A DNA stretch of 64,000 bases from Octopus vulgaris (taxonomy: Eukaryota). A program made the position numbers and the translations under genes. The DNA is taken from positions 189,162,001 through 189,226,000 of the forward strand of contig OX597814.1 of NCBI GenBank assembly GCA_951406725.2, in the 5' to 3' direction. The notes beneath the pieces were generated by a model. The model was not told where the DNA came from. It saw only the letters and a program-made list of their open reading frames with translations, and did no database searches. This document shows positions 15,360 to 31,434 of this stretch, piece after piece; the first letter of the stretch is position 1, and the number at the start of each line of letters is the position of its first letter.

Positions 15360-15611
15360 GAAGACGCGTGGTTAGTGGTTCACGATCGTATGGTCGTGAT
15401 TTCAATTCCCGGTGGTGCATTGCACCCTTGAGCAAGACACTTTATTTTCACGCTGCTTCAATCTACTTAGCTGACAAAAATGAATAGCACCTGTATTTCA
15501 AAAGGTCAACCTTGTCACATGTATCATGTTGTGTCTACCGGAGAACTATGTTAAGGGCACATGTGTCTCAACCACTGACATGTTAATTTCACAAGCAGGT
15601 TGTTCCGTTGG
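15360..15611 (+). mobile_element. Mosaic SINE: D-type head/CORE with C-type tail
   Basis: cccttgagcaagacactttatttt then ccttgtcaca...gagaactatgttaagggcacatgtgtc...gttaatttcacaagcaggttgttccgttg. Confidence 0.7.
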
Positions 15612-15618
15612 TATAAAT

Positions 15619-15892
<274 letters not shown>

Positions 15893-16559
15893 AGTGGGAA
15901 TGAAGTTCAATCACGCAATTTTATAAAATTTTAGTCTTAGCATCTTAACCATATAATTAAGTGATACGTATTCACTTCTTAATCAAAAAACTATTGTGTC
16001 TCCCCCTGCTCTGTTTAGTCCATTCTAGCGAACCAACAGCGAAAGGAACGGGCTTGGACGGGGCAAGAAGACTCTTTTGGGAATTACTCCAGTCCGGTTT
16101 TTGTGTGGGCACACAGTAGGCGTAGTATAGGCAGTAAAGAAAATCAAGAAAAAGAGAAAAGAAAAGAATACGACATAAAACAAACGTTACATCTGTGTTA
16201 AGGATTAGCCATAATTTCTTTCCATAGACAGCGTGTAGAAAGTTGATACATCACTTTGTTCTCTCTTAGGTTTAACATTATTTATAGAAAACAATATTTT
16301 ACAAGTTTCAGAAGTCATTATTTACATGAATAAATTTCATTATTCTTGAATGATTGTATCCATTCTTATGTAAATAACAAGAATGCTTTAAATTTGAAGA
16401 CAAGTAACTTTAAAGTACACCAATGCCATCCAGTAATTCTGATTTGTTCTTAATGCTGTTTCGTGTTGGGTAGGATTTCAAACGTTGTAACAACGTCAAT
16501 GTTTTTCTTTTTCTAATTATCTCGTTGTAAACATTAGCAGAATAAGTAACCTATAAATG

Positions 16560-16716
16560 TCGCTTGCCTGGCTCAGTTAATTTTTGACACAAGAGCACCG
16601 ACTCAAAGATAGGCAAATTGATATGAAATACCCGCACATATAAACACACGCGTACGTTTACTTAGTGAATATCGAATCGCCTACTTTTAATATAACTTTT
16701 TGCTAAATTTCTGTAC
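16560..16716. repeat. ~160-bp segment flanked by a 12-bp direct repeat; diverged second copy at 17236-17400
   Basis: aacctataaatg at 16548-16559 and 16717-16728; shared tgtcgcttgcctggYtcagttaatttttgacacaaga...ttttgctaaatt...gtacaac. Confidence 0.8.
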
Positions 16717-18252
16717 AACCTATAAATGAATACAAACGACTATGAATAGTGAAGCATAAAATACGGGCAATAATTCCAGATAGAATACAGCGGTTGCGAA
16801 TTCTTGGCGAACTTAGCCCGATGTTTACTTAAGAATCTCCTTTGGGAATGGTCCAGTTATGTAGATAACGATGTTTAAAACGACATGATGAGCTGAAACA
16901 GATATTCACTATTCTTTTTAGCTGAAGCATCATTCATACGTGAGAATACATTTGACTGATGTGGCAGAATGCCTAATTTTGTCTTTGAAGTAAACAACGT
17001 TTATTTCTTACAATGTTTACTATATTAGCCTTAGTGAGCTGTAAAAGAAAGTCGTTTATTTTTAATTCATTTATTTTCACACAGAGGAAATCTACATTTT
17101 ACCTATGATTAATGAATAGCAGAGAATATCTTATCTACATTCTAACTTTCTTGTAATTTCAATCATTCAACTGTGACCATATTAGTGCACGGCTTTCAGG
17201 GATTTTAGTTGATTGTATCTGTCTACGTCCGATTTATGTCGCTTGCCTGGTTCAGTTAATTTTTGACACAAGACCACCGGCTAAAAGATAAGCGGATTGA
17301 TATCAAACGCCCACACATATAAACATATATGTGTGCGTTGAATTTGTTAATATTGGATCGCTTGTTTTTAATATAAATTTTTGCTAAATTACCGTACAAC
17401 AGAAACAGTAAAAATAACGGGGTAACGACTGAGAGGTATAAGTAGTTACTTTGGGAGAGGACAAAAATGATAGCATGTTTGAACATGCTTAAAAACATAT
17501 TTAAAAACAACTATACAGGTAACAGAAATCATCATCTTGTTATGAACTCACAGTTCCAAGTCCTCGAATGTTTCAGCCATAATGGTCCTGCTCCAGTTCA
17601 AGCAAAGGAAAATTAACAACACTTGGACTAAGGCATAGCCACGACAAAATCTATGGCTCTTGCACTGTGCGACAACACTTACAAGAACATCATGCGAACA
17701 GCCTTTTTTTCTACTTAATGTCAATTTTTGAAAACCATAAAAGACAGGTTATTTACAAATATAGGAAGTCATTTTAATAACCAGGGCCTAAAACAAAACT
17801 ACAGTTTCACACGATATCAAGTATATAACCTAAGACACGCGCACCAAGAAACCTGAAGCCACATGCTCATGCAAAAACAACAATGCGTGCTCACTAGATA
17901 CTGCAAATGGAGAAATACCGAGTGATGTAGAGTCCGAGAGGATGGGAACAAAGCGTGCAATATTTGCACAGCAGAGCAAAGAACAATTCTGAAACCCTAT
18001 ACAATCAGGTCTCTATTAAAATAGCTAGTTTGATAAAATCGGTAAACGCAGAAATGTTGAGAAGCATTGTACAGATGATTCGAATATTTTACATTCATTA
18101 TGAAAACTTACTAAACATTAATCTGCAATAAATAATCATACAATGAACGTTAAATTCCAACTAAAAGCTAAGGTAAGTACATTTACTGAAAGAGTAAAAG
18201 AGGGGCTTGCAAATCTCAATATCAACCCGTCACGAGTATCAGGATATGTAAG

Positions 18253-18485
18253 AAAGGCGGCGAGCTGGCAGAAACGTCGGGCAAAATGCTTAGCGGTATT
18301 TCGTCTGTCGTTACGTTCTGAGTTCAAATTCCGCCGAGGTCGACTTTTCCTTTCATCCTTTCGGGGTCGATAAATGAAGTACCAGTTACGCACTGGGGCC
18401 GATATAATCGAGTTAATCCGTTTGTCTGTCCTTGTTTGTCCTCTCTGTGTTTAGCCCCTTTGTGGGTAGTAAAGAAATAAGTATT
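18253..18485 (+). mobile_element. SINE family A monomer
   Basis: aaggcggcgagctggcagaa...ctgagttcaaattccgccgaggtcgac...tttcatcctttcggggtcgataaa...gtaaagaaataagtatt. Confidence 0.9.
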
Positions 18486-20362
18486 ACATTCTCTAAAATG
18501 TATTTAGTCCATTGTGTATTGACATTATATGGTTGTTGAAAGCAGTTAACATTTTGAGGTAATAATGCGGTTAGAGATAATGAATGCTTAAAATTTCATT
18601 TACGAGTAACTGTGAGTATAAACCTGCTATGATACGCAAATCCACTGCATTATCCTAACAATTATATCTCGTGTAGGTTATCTAACACTTACCACCGCAA
18701 AATATCAGAAAAAATATATTTATAACAACTTTATGATAAAATTCACCCAAGAGATTGTTGATAAATAACATATCATTTTAAGCCCGAAAGCGGCTTAGTA
18801 TCTTTTTACTGATGGTAAATATTACATCAAATTTGTCATAGTTATACTTTCATATGCTTATTAACATTAATTGTACAACTGTTGGAAGAAATTGTGCGGA
18901 GTATACTCAAAGAATATATAATTTAAATACAAGATGGAAAGATTAAAAATCGGAAATGTGAAAGGAGAAAATGTGTTTGATTAAAAAAAATCGAGTGATC
19001 GCATATTAACTTTATAACATCTGAATTCTCTTTTTAAAATTTTCAAATAATATATTGAAATTATTATATATTCTTTTAGTATGCTTTTTCCTTGAATAAG
19101 TATTTTCCAATTTTTCCTGCGTGTATATTTTCTTATAAATGTAACGGAGAGAGGTAAAAAGTGTTTAACTCAACGAAATAAAGTAAGATATACAACTCGC
19201 AATTAAAGAAATATTTTAAATTTGTTTGCATTCCTGGGTCTTATATTTTTTATTCATCTATACTTTAAAAGCTATAACGTGGAGAGTAGACGGATCGCCA
19301 GATCTTTCATACAAACTGTGACAATTCTGTTTCACTTTCATTAGATCTTTGTTATACACAATCGTTTGCGGTTCTGCTTGACTATAGTTTCATAAATACA
19401 AGCTATATTTAGATATTTTCCATCTATGTAAGGGACTGAACATTCATAAACTAATTGAATGTCTTGCAAACAACCTTCACATGCAAGTGCTACTGGTGAA
19501 GAACTCCGCATACCGGAAGCCAGCAAATGTATGGTGTCATCAGGAGAGAATGCGCGCCGTTTCGGGGCCTACCTCTCGACGGCATCAATGCGCACCGGCC
19601 CCCTTCACTGATATGAGGCTCCGCTTGCTAGATCAGCTGGTTATCAAATAAAGCTCAATATTCTTCTAGCCATCGCTCATCGTCTCTTTGTAACCAAATC
19701 CAGTGGCTAGTCTTCTCCACTGTAGTTTGGATATCGGTCATGGTGGTATTGACTTTACGATGAGTTAGGCCTAACAAGAGTTTTTAAATCCTTCTGAGGT
19801 ACATTGCTCCTATCAATGTTAGTGTATGCATATGATCTTCTGTGTTACCGAGTGTATTTTTACTGCGATAATACATGTTGACTTTAAGCTTATCATTGGC
19901 GTTAATTACATATTCTGTTTCCTTATTTTATCTTATATCTATTCATAAGAATCCTTCATCTAATTTAGAGTGACTTTGTGGATGATCTTGTAACACAATT
20001 TAAGCAGCATAACTGTAGAATCAGAGAAATTTTGGGGTAATGTGTATTTTTACTATTTGATCTGCACTGGCAGGGCAGGGCAACCGTGTCATATCTATAG
20101 TTAATCTAATTCTTAAATGAGGAAAGTAGCATATAAGCTGAGACAAAATTGCGAGAATGATAATAACCTCAGTATCATGGCATATAATTTTTTCGATAGA
20201 CAAGCAAGAAATAGCAGCTGAATCTCTTTGAAGTCACAGTCCACTGTTTCAGAGAAAATAAAAAATAAAGCAATTGCATTATTGATGCAGATTCATTAAT
20301 TCTGCAAAATGAAAATATTAAGGATTGTCGAGGATGGAAGATCTTTTGTTCATATATATATA

Positions 20363-20414
<52 letters not shown>

Positions 20415-20504
20415 TATTCATATATATATATATTCATATATATATATATATATATATTCATATATATATATATTCATATATATATATTCATATATATATA
20501 TATA

Positions 20505-20541
<37 letters not shown>

Positions 20542-21149
20542 ATATATATTCAATATATATAAACACACACACATGCATATATGTCTATGTGTATGTGTAT
20601 GTATGCATGAGCATGCGTGTGTGTGTGCGTGCAGACAAGCAATTGCACATGCAATTAACAACGTCGAATAAAAAAGATGTCAACAACAGACCGCTGGGAA
20701 TATAATATCATGACACGTCTTAATCTTGCCGCCGTTATATTCAGCTCTTTAGATGACACTGCATTTCACACTGTGAGAGATTAAGACATTAAGCATAGAT
20801 TTAGTGCAGATCAAATTCTATATAGCATGTTCTCAAGGGACTGAATCCTGGTTATTTTACTTTAGTTTTATACACACACTTAGTAATAATAGGTGATGTA
20901 TTTATATGATGGAGCGTGTAGTTTGAAAGATTATTCATTGCGTTTTCTTTGCAGCATTTCAGTTTGAAGATTTTACTGATAGCAACATTAATTGTTTGTA
21001 ATATTGCCACGGTGATCGAAATCTGCGATGAGTAGCTTAGTTAGATAAATCGACCACTTATACTTTGTGTAATCTATTCTGGAATGATAAAAATATAAAG
21101 ATGTTCTCGGCGGGATTTGAAATGAGGACGTAAAGAGCCGTAAATAATA

Positions 21150-21372
21150 ATTAACGATACTGAAACTGTAAGTCATGACTGGTACGGCTAAAATATTGAT
21201 CGCTTCGATCCTGTTTCTTGCATTTGGCTATCTCTGTCTTGAGTATTGCCCTTACCCTGCGATAACATTCCCTTCTGATCCTTTCCCTTATCACTGAATG
21301 TTTGATTCCGTCCCTTTCAAATACCTCCAGGTTTTTGTAGCCCTCCGCTGGTTCTAGTTCCTTTATGACATT
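21150..21372 (-). pseudogene. Non-LTR retrotransposon RT C-terminal fragment (inverted 5' part)
   Basis: Translates KELEPAEGYKNLEVFERDGIKHSVIRERIRRECYRRVRAILKTE, then (frameshifted) NARNRIEAINILAVPVMTYSF; resembles the YKYLG/thumb region of R4/Dong-like LINEs. Confidence 0.8.
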
Positions 21373-21992
21373 TGCTAAAACCTGAACCTGCCCTATGATA
21401 AAAACTGGTCGGAACGCAAACCACCTCCAGTGCTTGAAAATTATCATATCTCACTTCTCTGGAAGTTCACCATTCAAACTGACAGAAAGTTAGATACGAA
21501 TAGACCAGACATTATATTGAAAGACTTCAGATAAAAATCATGCCTAGTTATTGACATGATTGTCCCAATTGATATAAATGACCTACCAAAAATTGAGCAA
21601 GTATAAATATCTTGAAAGAGAACTTGGCAAAATGTGGAACCTCAAGACTAAAACAATACATTTTGTCATAGGTACCCTAGGAATGACTGCAAAAGGGGAT
21701 GATTTTTGCCTAGCTCAGATACCAGGAAACCCCCAAATGGCAGAAATTCAAAATGTAGTGCTCATGAGAATTGTCCATATCCTACATAAAATACTGTCTA
21801 TGTAATCTCAATTTTTAAAACAAACTCACAATTTTCTTGTTTTCTTAAACATTCTCTATAACAATACTATGTGCAAAACCAAATATATGACACCCTAAGC
21901 ATAACCGACATGGACTTCTAACTTGTTGCCTCTTGAGGTCTCTGGGTGAGACCTGGAGCCAACTTGTACAAATACAAAGCAAATCAAATATA
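21373..21992 (+). pseudogene. RLE-clade (R4/Dong-like) LINE 3' end: restriction-like endonuclease plus 3' UTR
   Basis: LLWKFTIQTDRKLDTNRPDII...CLVIDMIVP...KLSKYKYLERELGKMW...VIGTLG with a stop and a frameshift; followed by (TAA)n. Confidence 0.85.
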
Positions 21993-22048
21993 TAATAATA
22001 ATGATGATGATCATCATGATCATGATCATGATCATGATCATGATCATG

Positions 22049-22083
<35 letters not shown>

Positions 22084-22152
22084 AAGAAGAAGAAGAAGAA
22101 GAAGAAGAAGAAGAAGAAGAAGAAGAAGAAGAACAACAACAACAACAACAAA
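21992..22152. repeat. Compound microsatellite (TAA)(GAT)(CATGAT)(AAT)(AAG)(AAC)
   Basis: Read directly; lies between two RLE LINE fragments. Confidence 0.95.
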
Positions 22153-22154
22153 CA

Positions 22155-22821
22155 ACACAGTAGAAAGTGATATGTGCAGATTCTGTGGAAAAAAACGGTG
22201 AAACCGTATGGCATATTACCAGCCATCTACGCCACTAGCCCAGAAGGAATATTAGAGACGAAAAGACAATATAGCCAGGCTTGTCCATTGGACACTTTGC
22301 AACAAGTATGGACTTGACAGAGCAAAACATTGGTACAACTACAAACCTGAAGGCATCGTCGAAAGTAGAAAAGCAAAGATCCTATGGGATTTTATGTTCC
22401 AGTGCGACCAAGAGATAGAGAATAGGAAGCCAGACATAGTCTTAATTGAGAAAGAAAACAAATTATGCTGGATCATAGATGTAGCATGCCAAGCTGACAA
22501 CAAGGTATGCAATAAGGAAGTAAGAAAAGTTGAGAGATATGACAGGTTAGCTTGGGAGGTTAAGCAGTTGTGGTCGATGAAACAGGTAGCAGTAGAACCA
22601 ATGATTGTCGGAGCCCGGGAAATAGTGATAAAAAAATCTTGAGAAGTACGTGGAACAAATAGGGGCTGCAATAAGGGTAGAGTACTTGCAGAAAACAGTA
22701 CTGCTTAGAACCGCTCGAATACTCTGGAAGGTGCTCGAAAAATAAGAGGTGTTATCTTAATTTACTGGTAGTGAACAGCTGACACTGTAGTAGTGCATCT
22801 CCAGCGTAAGAAGCTGCGCAA

Positions 22822-22825
<4 letters not shown>
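22155..22825 (+). pseudogene. Second RLE-clade (R4/Dong-like) LINE 3' fragment: zinc knuckle plus endonuclease
   Basis: CRFCG...ETVWHI...DNIARLVHWTLC...ILWDFMFQCDQEIENRKPDIVLIEKENKLCWIIDVAC...KVERYDRL; ends in (TAA)n at 22826-22940. Confidence 0.88.
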
Positions 22826-22876
<51 letters not shown>

Positions 22877-22890
22877 CAATAATAATAAAC

Positions 22891-22939
<49 letters not shown>

Positions 22940-22941
<2 letters not shown>

Positions 22942-23155
22942 CCTTTCAACTATAGGTACAGGGCCTCAAATTTTGGGGGAGGGGTAAGTCGATCACATAG
23001 ACCCCAGGATTTGACTGGAACTTGATTTATCGACTGCGAAAGAACGAAAGGCAAAGTCAACCTCGGCAAAATTTGAACTCAGAACGTAAAGATGGACCAA
23101 ATATTGCTAATGATTTTATCCGACGTACGTAACGATTCTGCCAGCTTGTCGCCTT
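22940..23155 (-). mobile_element. SINE family A variant with a different tail
   Basis: gaaaggcaaagtcaacctcggcaaaatttgaactcagaacg...taacgattctgccagcttgtcgcctt; embedded in (TAA)n. Confidence 0.8.
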
Positions 23156-23181
23156 AATAATAATAATAATAATAATAATAA

Positions 23182-23255
<74 letters not shown>

Positions 23256-23697
23256 ACTGCAAAGAAAGAACAGGATATATTTCAAATTTAAAAGGAGTGA
23301 TGGCTGAGTAATTCAAGCATACTTTACAATCCTTTGAAATTTCAAAATCATTTGCTATTTATCCAACCCCATTATATTTGAACAAAATGTTTTCAACAAA
23401 CAAGCTAGGAAATAATTCTCTCATCTGTTATTTCTATTAATATTTTACTTACATGATTGATTTTGCACATATATTTCGAAAATTGAAATATTACTAATCA
23501 GGTAATTACTAGAATAAAGCCATTTGTTATTAATTGTCATAATAGGCATTAATGGAAAAGTTTCTTTTACACGTTTTAAATTACAATAATTTTAGCTTAT
23601 AATCAGAAATATTTTCTCCAGTGTAAAAAGCTATTTGCAATATCACGAAGAATTTCGGAATACTTTCTAAATTCCGACAAAATAACAACAGGAGGCA

Positions 23698-23789
<92 letters not shown>

Positions 23790-23791
23790 TG

Positions 23792-23852
<61 letters not shown>

Positions 23853-24531
23853 TAATAATGATGATTATGATGATGATAATGGTGATGAGGATGATGATGG
23901 GGATGATAAATGATAGAATAGAAAATAAAAGATGTATTTTCGAAAGATGAGTGGAATTTAAGATTGATATTTTCTTATAAATTAGTCAAAATTTCACACT
24001 TAGCATAGTTTCTTCGCACTATGTCCCAGTAAAACTTGAACAGGTATCGTCATCAGGAGCGCTATCATAGCAAATTACTAGTGGAAATGGAAGTGGAAGA
24101 ATCTGTTTTAAGGAACAATTTTCAAAAAATATCTTCTGAAGTGGATTTTTTTTTCTTTTTTCTTTTCTTTCTTTTTTTTTTTAGCAACGAAAATATCAAC
24201 AACAATAAGTGGTAGATGTGATGTTCACTACAAAAATCACGACGAGGTGGTGGTGGTGGTGGTGGTGGTGGGGCTGATGACGAGGAATCTCATAGACAAA
24301 ACAAAAATATGATATGTATAAGAAATTTGAGGTGTCTTTTCTTTAATGATAAAATCAAGTTTTAATAAAAGAAAATTGCGTATATAAGAATGTGATCGCA
24401 AAGAAATGAGTTAAAATGAAGCAAAATGAAAGAAAGTTCTACTGAAAGACGTTGATATATATATGAGCAGGATGTTCGTTATAAAGAGCAATTTACAGAA
24501 AAATTCTGTACGTACGCACACCTACTATATA

Positions 24532-24623
<92 letters not shown>

Positions 24624-24643
24624 TATATACAATATATATATAT

Positions 24644-24681
<38 letters not shown>

Positions 24682-24885
24682 ATATATATATATACAATAT
24701 ATATATATACAATATATATATATACAATATATATATATACATACAATATATATTATATATATATATATATATATACAATATATATTATATATATATATAT
24801 ATTACTGCATGCATAATTGGCTATAGGACAAGTGCGCGTATGAATGTATATGTATACATGTACATAGATCAATGTTTGTGTATAC

Positions 24886-24943
<58 letters not shown>

Positions 24944-25706
24944 ACGTACATATATGTGGTAGTGTGTACGTATGTTTGTGTGTATGTGTGTTAGTGTGTA
25001 TGTGCATATATATATGTATGTGTAGATATATAAATACACATTGATACTTGTCTATTATGCAACATTTATTTATACAAGTATATGCGTGTGTTTCTATGTA
25101 TACGTTTTCGCATGAGTTGTGTGTGTATGTGTACATACACAGCGAGCTATAACAGGGAGATAGAGACTAGCACGAACAATAATGAAATTTGAAACATATT
25201 TCTGTAATTTATAGAAATGCCTCACATATAAATATCAAACAGAAAAATCCTCTTTTCTATGTAAATATTGACGAATGACCAAATATCTATAATTAAGGTA
25301 TTTCGTTAGAAGATATAAAGATTCACACTTTACATTGAATTATATCTGCTTGCATTATAACTCATATAGTGACTCATACACATAAATGTATATACATATA
25401 CGTATAAAGGCGCTGAGCATGTTTGTGTATATGGATATACATGGAAGATAGCAAAGGATTGTGAATCCCAGATTCATAGAAAGTTAGAATATAAAAGTAA
25501 TAAGGATAGTATAAAGTGCGAAGAAGTGTAATCTAAAATGAATGGGATGGTATTTAATTCCTGAGTCTTCTAAATGATATGGGAGCCCATTTTGTTGAAA
25601 GTTTTATGAGAATATCAGCAAATCTATTTGTTTCGGTAATTTATTTTTTGTGTGGTTGTGTATGTCTATGCTTGTATATATTTGTGTGTGTATGTATGTA
25701 TGTATT

Positions 25707-25759
<53 letters not shown>

Positions 25760-25859
25760 CGTTCTTGCGTCTGTTATTTATAATGGGACAACCACATGAA
25801 TATAAATATAAATGTAAATATATACATATATATACACATATATATATATGTTTATATAG

Positions 25860-25934
<75 letters not shown>

Positions 25935-25961
25935 CAGATAGATAGATAAATAGATAGATAG

Positions 25962-25992
<31 letters not shown>

Positions 25993-26063
25993 CATATATA
26001 TATACATATATATATACATACATATATATATACATACATATATATATATACATACATATATAT

Positions 26064-26870
<807 letters not shown>

Positions 26871-27115
26871 ACGAAACAAACAGTGAAAGAGCCTAGGAGC
26901 TCGATACTGAAACGGAAAGTATGGTTGTCATCAATGTTAATAGACTTCTCATTCGTTTGGCGAAAGATCGATACTTGCTTTTGTTTTCCAGCTAAATTTC
27001 GTGTCACAACATTAAGGTAGCATTATAGCAGAGAAAAAGGCTGCTAGTTCATTTAATTGTTCCTTAATTTCCTTATTAGAGTGCAAGTTATGCTAGAGAT
27101 ATTGGGTCATAGTAT

Positions 27116-27174
<59 letters not shown>

Positions 27175-28138
27175 CTTCATTTATGTTATTGTTGCTTTTT
27201 CTCAGCAGATCTGGGGACCAGCCCTAACACTGTGTGCACGTGTGTGTGTGTGTGTGTGTGTTTCTAGGCCTACACTATCTAATATGTTCTTTTGTTTCTG
27301 CAAAATAACAGGATTGGGGGTTATGAAAGGCTTAGCTGTTATTTGTCGCACATCAACGACAAATTAGAATATCCTTCATTGGCTCATGTAGAGTATTGCT
27401 GTGTGTTTGGTAAGTAAAAATGTATGCAATTACTGACATCATTAAGAACGTCTATGGCTTTGTTATTAATTGTTCCATTGATAAAATATTGATAGCGTTC
27501 CGACTAATAGTTGATACAGGGATATCTCGCAGTTTTGGAGATAATGATTACAGAAACTACCATGTATCATACTGACAATATCAGATTCTAATTATGCCAA
27601 GGAACAATGAATTTGTGAAGGGTATAGAGAATTATTTCAACACTTTAATGCTGGGAGCATAATGTATAGATCCGGAACAAGCGAAAGACAAAATTCATCA
27701 CGTCACTATTTGAATAAATAACGAGGGAGTATATAATTAAATACCGTTTTATCATACCAGTTTCAAGGTCTATAAGAATGTGATGCAGCCGTTATAACAA
27801 TCAGAGTATTGGAGAGCCAAAGATGGGCCCGTGATTCTTTAGAGGAATCCTCAGTAAAAATCTCACAGACCTGGATGAATTTTGAGGCTCATTTCCCAGG
27901 AAACAAAGTAAATCGTATTCCCATCCTCTTCCTTTTGGCTGTTCGACTGCACTTAATACAAAAATATTTTCTATTTACAATGTACGATATTATGTTTGAA
28001 AGATTGAATGATAAGAAGATTCGTGGATGTCGTAGCATAGACCTCAACATCTGTCTATACTGACAAATTGAAGAAGAAGCACATTTTCATAATACTGAAG
28101 AAACTTGAAAGCTGTAACTACATTTATTTAAATATACT

Positions 28139-28540
28139 TTTCTTATTTCTTTATTACCCACAAGGGGCTAAACATAGAGTGGAAAAACAAGGACAGACAT
28201 ACGGATTAAGTCAATTACATCGACCCCAGTGCGTAACTGGTACTTAATTTATAGACCCTGAAAGGATGAAAGGCAAAGTCGACCTCGGCGGAATTTGAAC
28301 TCAAAACGTGGCGGCAGGCGAAATACTTATTTCTTTACTGCCCACAAGGGGCTAAACAAGGACAGACAAACGGATCAAGTCGATTATATCGATCCCAGTT
28401 CGTACCTGGTACTTATTTAATCGACCCCGAAAGGACGAAAGGCAAAGTCGACATCGGCGGAATTTGAACTCAAAACGTAGCGGCAGACTTTCGTCTGAGC
28501 ATTTTACCCGATGTGCTAACGTTTCTGCCAGCTCGCCGCC
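28139..28540 (-). mobile_element. SINE family A tandem dimer with 16-bp TSD
   Basis: Junction ggcgaaatac|ttatttcttt; TSD tttatttaaatatact at 28123-28138 and 28541-28556. Confidence 0.9.
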
Positions 28541-29922
28541 TTTATTTAAATATACTCTTCTTTTCTTAGTAGTGGAGTGAAGCATCTTATCATAGTACAT
28601 GTAATACATTACAACTAATTTATAAAACAAATCTTTTCAAAATATTATAATATCCGGTTATCAAAATGATTAGTTTTTGTTGAGTTATTCAAACATCATT
28701 TAGATTTAATTTTAACTTTATCACTTATTTATTTATAAATTGTAAAAAAATGTAACTTTCACTAGCATTCTCAATATTCTTCAAGTATTATCCTTCTTGT
28801 TCTGAAACTAGGAAAGTTTGATCAATTTTGTGTTTATTTTTTCCAGCTTCCTAAAATATTTTATACGCTGCCACTTCAATGACTATAACATTTTCTACTG
28901 CATCTAAGTTAATTTTAGGAACCTGCAATTTTTATTTAGTTTTAGTTAATAGATTGAGTTTCAAAGACTTGTTAGTCTTTTGAATTTTGCTGCTGTCGGT
29001 TACTTTCAAAGAAATCATACTACAATCATAATAAAAGGATTGCTGCGTTGATACGACCATGTTGATAAAATGCTAGACTGGAAAATAGATGATTTAGTGG
29101 AGTTATTTTTTTACATTCATTTAAATGCATGGTTTAAGAGTCGTGCAAAGAAAATATATGAAAATGCTATAGCTCAAACTAAATTCAAAGCGTAAAGCTT
29201 CTATTCAGTTGAACGTTACAAAGTTACATATAATAGACAGACGATCGCACAAGCATATGTATGCTTACATATACAAATAAATGCATACACTTATACATAC
29301 ATACGTACATACATGCATACATTTATATATATATATATAGTGTGTGTGAGAAAGATAAGGAGAGAGAAGGAAGAGGAAAATAGGGAGAGGGAGAAAAACT
29401 GGGAAGGCAGAGGAACGATAACAGTCATAAGGAACGTATGTATATGAAATGCTTCGTATAGAATGCAGAGCATCAACTAGCAAAGATTTGGTAACTCTAT
29501 GGAGTAGAACCACGAAATTCTCTTCAAATGCTCATACTTTGCTTTTCTTTGAAGTATACCAACAATATTACCTCCCTGTTGCACTCGCTTGCATAATATG
29601 CATTGTTTTATCAACCAGTCATCGTTCATTCGAAACAGATGTAAAACTATCGTTTGACAATATCATGTATACGCAACTTTTCATATAGATGCATTTCCTA
29701 TATCTGTTATGGTTTCTCTCACTTCTTAATTTCATGTCCCCTCAATATCAATCTAACTCACTTTGCTAACCTCTGGCCTATCTGGTTCTAATGAAGTTGT
29801 CGTTTCAGATTCCAAATTCTCTGTGCACAATGAAGTCACTATCTACATGAAGCATATGCAAGCATTTATCAACTGTTATGCATATACATACATACACACA
29901 TACGTGCATACATACATATATA

Positions 29923-29988
<66 letters not shown>

Positions 29989-30035
29989 CATATACATATA
30001 TATAAATATCGGTGCCTCGTTGTACCATATATTTA

Positions 30036-30079
<44 letters not shown>

Positions 30080-30647
30080 TTGGTAGGGACAGGAAGAAAA
30101 AGAGAAATACATGAATAAAAGAAAGAACGAATACGTAACGCTGTGCTTGATTTAATATACCAATGTCTACATCTTACCAAAAACAAAAAGCCACATTTTG
30201 CATAAATCGTAACCTCTGCGTTTTCTTTCCTTCAATGTCCTCTGTCTATCAAATATGTCAGTCATCCTCGCCCCCACTATGCTTTTCCTATTACAAAAAA
30301 AAGTAATTAAATTTAAGGCAGTTTACATAAGAATCTCACTGGCGACAAGTATGTGTATTTAGCCTGGTTATCATATTTATAACCGTTTTCGTATACATAC
30401 ATACAGGCAGACAGACAGACAGACAGATAGACAGACTGACATTCGTATTTACATATGCACATTGGTTTCACGTCTAAAACCAAATCTTTCCGCTTCCTGA
30501 CATTGGACTGCAAAAACAATGGAGCAGCAAGATCGAGAGTTTGGTAATATTACGACTATTATATCAATTGTTTTTTGCCTTCACTGGTACAAAAGCCACT
30601 TGACTGCGTCGAATTAGCTGGATTTGAAAGTTGCGGTTAAAAGGCAA

Positions 30648-30678
<31 letters not shown>

Positions 30679-30694
30679 GTGATAATAATAATGT

Positions 30695-30761
<67 letters not shown>

Positions 30762-31392
30762 GTAATAATAATAATTAAACTAAAAGAAGGAAAGCAAAGC
30801 AACTCAAAACTTGTGAATCACGGTTTTTGCGGTACCTCATTAGCAAAGACACTTCAAGGCACTAATATCCCAAACACACACAAAAAGAAAAGTGATGACG
30901 TCATTATCTGGTGACTCACCATCACTCAGCCCATACGATATTGGCGAATAACTATCAAGGAAGGAGCATGTTAAGTGACATAATGGCCGAGGTCAAACAA
31001 ACGTGTCGGGTGTAAGAACGTGACCTTGGTAAATAAATTAAAATATAAATAAATAAATAAATGAACAACGTTTCTGTTAATATTGTAGAAAACATTAAAA
31101 TTGAAATCGCCATAACTATCACATTTGTGCGGCGGCTTGGTCAGTTGGATTTCTTTTATCTCAATTCAGAAAGGAAATTCTTTCAGCGTATCACTGCTGC
31201 CCCCCAATGAAAATGTGAATAAATAAATAAATAAATAAATATACGAAGTTACACTCTTGTATCAAGTGGAGAATACGGAACCATCTTCAATTAATTGACT
31301 GCTTAATGAGAAAGAAATAAGAGAGAACCAGAAAAAAAAAAACACGCACAAATATATACATATATACAATACATACACTCATACATACATGC

Positions 31393-31434
<42 letters not shown>

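Noticed and set aside
17780-17990. CSCKNNNACSL resembling the Cys motif before PLE GIY-YIG domains
   Set aside because: No supporting GIY/YIG residues in frame; too short to call
19530-19600. GC-rich patch with CTGATGA and GAAAcg on the minus strand
   Set aside because: Motif order and pairing do not give a valid hammerhead: no stem II and no UH at the cleavage position
26878-26915. gagc-ctagga-gctc-gata hairpin resembling hammerhead stem II
   Set aside because: Both core segments deviate and stems I and III are absent
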